64,000 bases of DNA. Origin: Candidatus Zixiibacteriota bacterium. Its GTDB lineage: Bacteria; RBG-13-66-14; B26-G2; WVWN01. The translations under genes were made by a program, and so were the position numbers. The notes below the pieces were generated by a model. That model saw nothing but the letters and a program-made list of their open reading frames with translations, was not told the origin of the DNA and made no database searches. Numbering within the stretch: the stretch's first letter is position 1; each line of letters starts with the position of its first letter. The stretch covers positions 96,001-160,000 of the forward strand of contig JASFLY010000003.1 in assembly GCA_050117845.1 (NCBI GenBank). The letters run 5' to 3'. Below, one piece after another: positions 60,101 through 64,000 of the stretch.

Positions 60101-63100
60101 CGGGAAATCGAAACCACGTCCCCCGACGGCCGGTCATGGTACAACCGAAGCATACCCGTCACCGACGATTCGGGCGCCGTCGTCGGCGTCGTAACCACCA
60201 CGCAGGAAGTAACGGCTCGTTACCACGCCAGGGAAACGTTAAAACAACGGGCGACGAACCTGGCCGCGATAAACGACCTGGCCGTCGAGCTGGCGTCGGC
60301 TCCCTCCGCCGACGCGATCCGCCGGATAGCCGGCGACCGGTTGAGAACGTTGGGCGGCGCCCTGGCCGCGATAGTCACGAGTTACGACGAAGAGGCCGGA
60401 GTTTTCGTCGTCCGCCATATTTCCGCCCCCGGCGACGTTTTCACCAAAGCCAATAAAATCCTGAACGGCACCGTTTACGACATTCGTTGTCCCGTTGACG
60501 ACGACGCGTACGAAGAGATCCTGGCCCGCCGGGTTAAACCATACGAAGGCGTTTACGATCTGGCGTTGGGCGCCATTCCACGAAAATTGGCGACCGCCAT
60601 CGAAAAAGCCCTCGGCCTCGGCGAAATAATCGCCGCCGGGTTCCGGCACGGGGGACGCGTACTAGGCGGAATCTCCGTCGTCATGCCGGAAGGGCGCCCC
60701 GCGCCGGACGCCGAAATACTCGAAAACTTCGCCAACGTCGTATCGTCGGCGCTCGTCCGGCAGGCCGCCGACGAATGGCTCGTAAAAAGCGAACGGGAGA
60801 AATCGGCGATACTGGCGAACATGACCGGCCTCGTCGCCTACATGAAACCGAACCTCGAAATCGTGTGGGCGAACGATGCCGCGGCCGACTGGGCGGGCCT
60901 CACGCCGCGAGAGATGGCCGGCCGGTACTGCTACGACGTCTGGTACGGACGGACTAAACCCTGTAAGCGTTGTCACGTCGTACGCACGGTGGAAAGCGGC
61001 GAGGCCCAAACGTTCGAGACCGATTTCAGAGACGGCAGCGTCTGGCACGTCCAATGCAATCCGGTACGTAACGCCGCCGGAGAAGTCGTGGGCATCGTCG
61101 AAACCTCTACGGACATCTCCGCCCGGAAACGGGCCGAAGAAAGCCGCCGCGAAACGGAAGCGCGGTACCGCGCGCTCGTCGATACCATGAATGATGGATT
61201 CATCGCGCACGACGAGCGGGGCGTAATCACGTACGTCAACGACCGTTTGTGCGAAATACTCGGCTTCCCGCGCGAGAATATCGAAGGCCGGCCGATGGAC
61301 GACTTCCTCGATCGGGAAAACGCGGCAACCCTGCGGGAACGACGCCGCCTTAAAAAACCGCGGGCGGAAGCGTACGAACTTTGTTGGACAGGCGAAGGCG
61401 GCCGACGCGTATACACCGTAGTCTCGCCGGGAACCCTACCGAAGACCGAAGGCCGGTCCGCCGGCGGTTACGCCACGATTGCCGACATTACCGTCCGTAA
61501 ACGAGCGGAAGAAAACCTCCAACGTCGAAGCGACGATATCGTAGCGGCCAACGGCCTTATCCTCGAACTCGCCGCGGCCCGCACGCCCGCGGAGGCCGCA
61601 GAGATACTTTGCGAAGGGTTGAAACGTCTCACCGAAGCACTCGCTATCGCCCTTTTGAAATACGACGTTAATACGCGCGAACTGGTTATCGAATACGTAG
61701 CCGCGGAAAACGACGTCAAATCCGAATCCGGGAAAATACTGGGGGGCGAACTGTCCTCGCTCCGCTTCCCGTTGGACCGAGCCGGGGCCGACGAACTCGT
61801 AAACCGCCGCGTCGCGGCAACGAAGGGTCTCCCCCGCAACGTTTACGGCGGTGTTCCGCGAAAGGACGTCCGCGCCTTCGAAGAAGCCCTGGGCTTGGGT
61901 GAAGTCTACGTCCTACCGCTCCAGCACCGGGAAGGACTGATGGGGACGGTCGCCATAGTGACCCGGGACGAAAACCCGCCCCTCTGGCCCGGAGCGGTTG
62001 AGGCCGTTGTCGCCGCCGCGGCGGCAGTACACGAACGCGTCGAAGCCGCCGAAAAACTCCGCGCGAGCGAGGAAACGGCGCAGGTCCTGCTGAACGCGCC
62101 CGCTAATTCGGCGTTCCTTCTCGACGCCGAAGGTACGATCCTCGCTTTCAACGAAACGACGCGATGCCGAACCCGCCTCGGCGCCGAAGATTTGCGAAGC
62201 GCGTCGTTGTGGGAAATCCTCCCGCCCGCGGTCGTCGACGCCCGGAAAGGCCAACTCGAAGAGGTCGTCCGTACAGGCCGCCCCGTCCATTTCGAAGAGA
62301 AGCGACCAGGCTCGGCCTTCGAAAGCTACTTCCACCCGATACGAGGGCCGCACGGCGTTACCAACGTCGCCCTATTTTCATGGCCCGTAACTCTCCGAAA
62401 AGAAATCGAAGAGAAACTGGCCGAGCCGAAAAAGGACTTCCGGCCCGCAGCCGAGGCTTCGCCGGTCGCGGCGTTGGTGCTAAACCACAGCGGGGGAATC
62501 TCCTGGGTTAACAAGGCCGCGCTAAGCCTATTCGGCTACGCCAAGAAAGGCCAAATGAAACGACTGCCGCTCCGGGAACTCTTCCACGCCGAGGACGAAA
62601 AAGAGATGGAGCGGGTAATGGACCTCGCGGCCGGTAGCGCTACGACGTACGCCGGATTTACGGCTCTTACCGTCAACGGCGAAAGGCGGCCGACCGTCGC
62701 CCGGGCGGCGCCCGTATTCGAGGACGGTAAACGCCGGGGGGTACGGGTACTCGTGGACGACGTAAGCGAACGCGTACGTACCGCGGAGGCCCTGGCCGCC
62801 GGCGTCGACCCGACGGAACTGCTGTCGACGCTAACGAGTTCTTACGCCGTTGTCGCGGACGGCAAGGGAGCCGTAACGGCCGTGAATACGAATACCGAAA
62901 CGCGGCTCTGCAAACCGGCGGACGACGTTATCGGCACGCATTTCGAATTTACCGTTCCGCGTGGGACGGAGGAGTCCAGGAAGCAGGCCTTCGAAGAAAC
63001 GCTACGTTCGGGGAAAGCCGTGCTATTCGAGGACGAAACCACCGCCGCGACGTACGAGAACGACCTCTACCCCATACTAGACGGCGAGGGTAACGTCTCC

Positions 63101-63604
63101 CGCGTAGCGTTCTTCAGTCGCGACGTAACCGGGTCAAAAGCGACCGCCGAGGCCCTCAGCGCGACCGAAGCGAAGACCCGCCTCCTAGCCAACCAAATAC
63201 CGGCGATTATTTGGACGACCGACGACGAACTCCGGATAACGTCCCTGCACGGCGGCGGCCTGGCGTTTATCGAGACGCCGCCCGCGGAACTCCGGGGTAA
63301 AACGCTACCCGAGCTCTATGGCACCAACGAGGTCACGTCCACGGTCATTGCGGCCCACCGGCAAGCGCTCCGGGGCGAAGTGGCGACTTACGACCAGGAA
63401 ATCGGCTCTCGGACATTCCAGGCTACGGTGGAGCCGTGTAGGGACGGAGAGGGCCGCGTAGTCGGATGCGTCGGCGCGGCCCTCAACGGCCTGACGCTTT
63501 ACGGCAAAATAAACGGTCCCGCCCGGACCGGCGGCGATCCCGGCGAGAAGTCAACGTCGCCGGAGTACCCGCCTCGACCCAAGCCGAGCTCGACGGGGTC
63601 CTAA
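54179..63604 (+). CDS. Reverse transcriptase (UG/Abi-like) plus helical domain fused to about 13 PAS and 5 GAF domains
   Basis: IPK....RP, GDVTAYFENV, LPQGNDISLFLSNFYL (54872), YFRYVDD (54971-54991), GLNLNTEKT; then PAS/PAC and GAF repeats to the end; GAGGAGG RBS before ATG 54179. Confidence 0.92.
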   Translation: MDFCSADDLAAAWPYARRDAADNFVFDVIDYEDVKHNLPHIIRRLERELRTDQYKPAPLLSVDIPKRPYTIRPGAVVSLIDLIVLYALVRKIAPALDAKLSPGVFSYRWVPEGKKPKWSIFSESTQDECGIDEILPAAPFAPYPPFDEAAPAGWFRGWIEYHERAKDSAARYNYCAVGDVTAYFENVAVTSLFNRIGDLLGPEHSEALTRLRRFYEYWAWHPAGTTTRGEVLPQGNDISLFLSNFYLTKLDEAMAAEVQNDPRRYFRYVDDICVFTDTQEQAHHSLLTGDRVLRDLGLNLNTEKTGIVPTSRLFDRDVERWLEDMSPVTANAAENARDFFKNRFDADDVEKWERAYLRALTTLQRAGDCSVAPAALQVFLENPTYKLLVKNFDYLSFFAERFRFGDDVARRITEGTFNFPFHKHYLYRLAAYCRQNSPSLREQALEEARGDAEWYVRIAALYCLNTFNLSPDELDAVEELAGSEAHPQVARAALVVLRQRPADEVASAEDHFLFTTAPGQENLREYFFRLTTEEELARAVLERIRNQEVASRAFLNRLHQLDLLKGNPAVREEYGRILEQKIDECDPAWTRLYSRLRRIAELASVSALRVRKARKIARAQGHLQTLLRSSREAVLITGPGGDVQVWNDAVNKLLGYGRREVRGKDVTDILPSPGGFASADELTAYVAENGGWLVEEATLYERPDGALIDISTTYSVITDPITGEPVGLLILVRDATAEVRAARIEQVQIATEQTLADATVRLVSPEDLDAAIEHTLRETADVLNAQRATVFRFREGTLVLDVTHEWCAPGVPSTRDSGGKLDLGELPDVRERLHSERVLSISNLSTPSAGSQRVMKERGVKAALVVPFYISDEMTGLIACTDTTRPRDWAYGEANLLFAVTALISKALARREAEEEKLVSEVRYRAVVEDQTELICRWRPDGTLTFVNEAYGRYFGKSPGELVGRSFIHFISEEDRETVEAEFASLGPDKPSSTHEHRVTTPAGEVRWQQWTNRVIIDEHGAISEYQSVGRDITERKLAEEALDFERRQLLSIYDSVEEVVYVADPRTHEIIYANEYLKSLYGKDMVGGVCYREFQGLEAPCDFCTNGIILEQKGKAYRWEFHNEILDKSFLCTDRIIKWPDGRDARIEIAIDISDRKTAEEALRKSEEEFRALAEQSLQGVTLATEDRTIFANRAFYNITGYEPDEIIGLTPGEVATLIIRPEDRETVKKNFRRRMDGESAPSPYAVGILHKNGSTRWAELYCTIVDIGGPPANLTTLVDITERKRAEEAIRESEVKYRTLFENSPDALTILDTRAVISDLNRATEELTGYSREELLGRPFVEIPSLRAQKRARLRKLHSDLVAGREAEPYELEIVRRDGTRRWVNVTVAAIKKGSDLIGTQLIGRDVTERKLAEEKIKRRLEFEGVVARISSRLVAPADVDRAVNESLADIGRFLGAGRVPLFLLSRDGSEMSISHEWCAAGVKSLIGELQGEPTSGIPWWTDRLGGGEVLHIPDVSRMPPEAAPEQKILEGQGIKSILVLPVEIGGSFSGFVALDNVEGTGGWDVDDVELLRVMAADLGRAFERQRAESILRENEERYRDLVEGSHDLVQSVAPDARFLFVNRAWLRTMGYAESELPNLTLFDVIHPDYVGHCQELFQHVMRGETVSDISVKFVTKDGREIILDGTAGPRFMNGEVVSTQGFFHDVTERKRAEEKLKRHSEEIAAVSELAIELAGVDTSEEMFPLIARRLRELTGALAVLTTSYDYEADELAVNAVEADVSTLDKTNDILGAELSTIRFPFPIYSREALASEHVAVTTGIPHQAHAVIPKNACRVIEEAFGIGDVYILTFHFGGDMIGAAGIIMQRETTRPSVDTLEAAANTIATTLRSKLAEEALVASEREKTTILECVDDMVVFCNSEMETVWANPAAAAWHDMTPEEMVGRRCYEERYGRTDPCEDCAEVEALRTGEPREIETTSPDGRSWYNRSIPVTDDSGAVVGVVTTTQEVTARYHARETLKQRATNLAAINDLAVELASAPSADAIRRIAGDRLRTLGGALAAIVTSYDEEAGVFVVRHISAPGDVFTKANKILNGTVYDIRCPVDDDAYEEILARRVKPYEGVYDLALGAIPRKLATAIEKALGLGEIIAAGFRHGGRVLGGISVVMPEGRPAPDAEILENFANVVSSALVRQAADEWLVKSEREKSAILANMTGLVAYMKPNLEIVWANDAAADWAGLTPREMAGRYCYDVWYGRTKPCKRCHVVRTVESGEAQTFETDFRDGSVWHVQCNPVRNAAGEVVGIVETSTDISARKRAEESRRETEARYRALVDTMNDGFIAHDERGVITYVNDRLCEILGFPRENIEGRPMDDFLDRENAATLRERRRLKKPRAEAYELCWTGEGGRRVYTVVSPGTLPKTEGRSAGGYATIADITVRKRAEENLQRRSDDIVAANGLILELAAARTPAEAAEILCEGLKRLTEALAIALLKYDVNTRELVIEYVAAENDVKSESGKILGGELSSLRFPLDRAGADELVNRRVAATKGLPRNVYGGVPRKDVRAFEEALGLGEVYVLPLQHREGLMGTVAIVTRDENPPLWPGAVEAVVAAAAAVHERVEAAEKLRASEETAQVLLNAPANSAFLLDAEGTILAFNETTRCRTRLGAEDLRSASLWEILPPAVVDARKGQLEEVVRTGRPVHFEEKRPGSAFESYFHPIRGPHGVTNVALFSWPVTLRKEIEEKLAEPKKDFRPAAEASPVAALVLNHSGGISWVNKAALSLFGYAKKGQMKRLPLRELFHAEDEKEMERVMDLAAGSATTYAGFTALTVNGERRPTVARAAPVFEDGKRRGVRVLVDDVSERVRTAEALAAGVDPTELLSTLTSSYAVVADGKGAVTAVNTNTETRLCKPADDVIGTHFEFTVPRGTEESRKQAFEETLRSGKAVLFEDETTAATYENDLYPILDGEGNVSRVAFFSRDVTGSKATAEALSATEAKTRLLANQIPAIIWTTDDELRITSLHGGGLAFIETPPAELRGKTLPELYGTNEVTSTVIAAHRQALRGEVATYDQEIGSRTFQATVEPCRDGEGRVVGCVGAALNGLTLYGKINGPARTGGDPGEKSTSPEYPPRPKPSSTGS

Positions 63605-63616
63605 GTACTCCGGTAC

Positions 63617-63649
63617 AAAAAAACCCGGCCCTCAAAGGCCGGGTTCTTC
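63617..63649. terminator. Bidirectional terminator
   Basis: A tract-AACCCGGCC-CTCAAA-GGCCGGGTT-CTT between convergent genes. Confidence 0.75.
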
Positions 63650-63667
63650 GTAACACGGGACGCTTTC

Positions 63668-64000
63668 TCACGCGACCGGTGCGGCCGTACGAATACGTTC
63701 CTCTGTTGCGTCCGCGGTCAGGCCCTCGGCCGGGTCCGCCGTCGGCAGCAATCCGCCTTTCGTCGAAGCCAATACGTCGTAGTAGAGTTCCCGGATATCG
63801 CGGCCCAGGCGCTCGAGCGTAAAACGCCTCTCGTACGTCTCCCGGCCGAGCGCCCCCATCGACGCGGCCAGCGACGCGTCGTCAAGCGTGTGAGCCAGCG
63901 CCGCCGCCACTTCGCCGGCCGACCCGACGTCGGTTAAAAAGCCCTCGCGGCCGTCTTCCATGATTTCCGCGACGCCGCCCGCCCGCGCGGCCACGACCGG
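63668..64000 (-). CDS. GT4 family glycosyltransferase, C-terminal part (truncated by window end)
   Basis: PVVAARAGGVAEIMEDGREGFL...MGALGRE....RFT. Confidence 0.85.
   Translation of the reverse strand, partial: PVVAARAGGVAEIMEDGREGFLTDVGSAGEVAAALAHTLDDASLAASMGALGRETYERRFTLERLGRDIRELYYDVLASTKGGLLPTADPAEGLTADATEERIRTAAPVA

Noticed and set aside
31900..63650. Signalling region as a prophage or integrative element
   Set aside because: No integrase, transposase, tRNA/att site or phage genes seen; the Xis-like HTH is part of a sensor fusion

Overview
GC-rich DNA from a diderm bacterium (BamD, LptE, TonB, a TonB-dependent receptor and a PorV-like barrel). Secreted proteins ending in SLGxx(K/R)AxF/YR tentatively suggest an FCB-related candidate phylum. 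About 1-31.8 kb holds housekeeping and envelope genes: hslU end, two AmrS radical SAM genes, tldD/pmbA, flippase, yqeK-nadD-bamD, TBDR operon, HNH-lptE-holA, rpsT, PNP, TPR/NHL/PD40 proteins, and a secreted protein with an in-frame UGA followed by a hairpin (candidate selenoprotein). About 31.9-63.6 kb is a signalling-rich region with two parts. (i) An HTH-PAS-GAF regulator, three Roadblock genes, four V4R/MetOD-like proteins, three unannotated tandem Cys micro-proteins, a SufS-type desulfurase, DUF4388 and an MglA/CvnD-like GTPase. (ii) The main novelty: a ~3140-aa protein in which a UG/Abi-like reverse transcriptase with intact catalytic motifs (PQG, YVDD) is fused to about 13 PAS and 5 GAF domains with no kinase or cyclase output. 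It lies downstream of a WYL regulator. On the opposite strand are a Ser/Thr kinase-STAND-TPR-GAF-sigma54 activator, a consensus sigma54 promoter, a small secreted Pro-rich peptide and a catalytically degenerate paralog of the same RT module. All calls come from reading motifs by eye; no searches were run.
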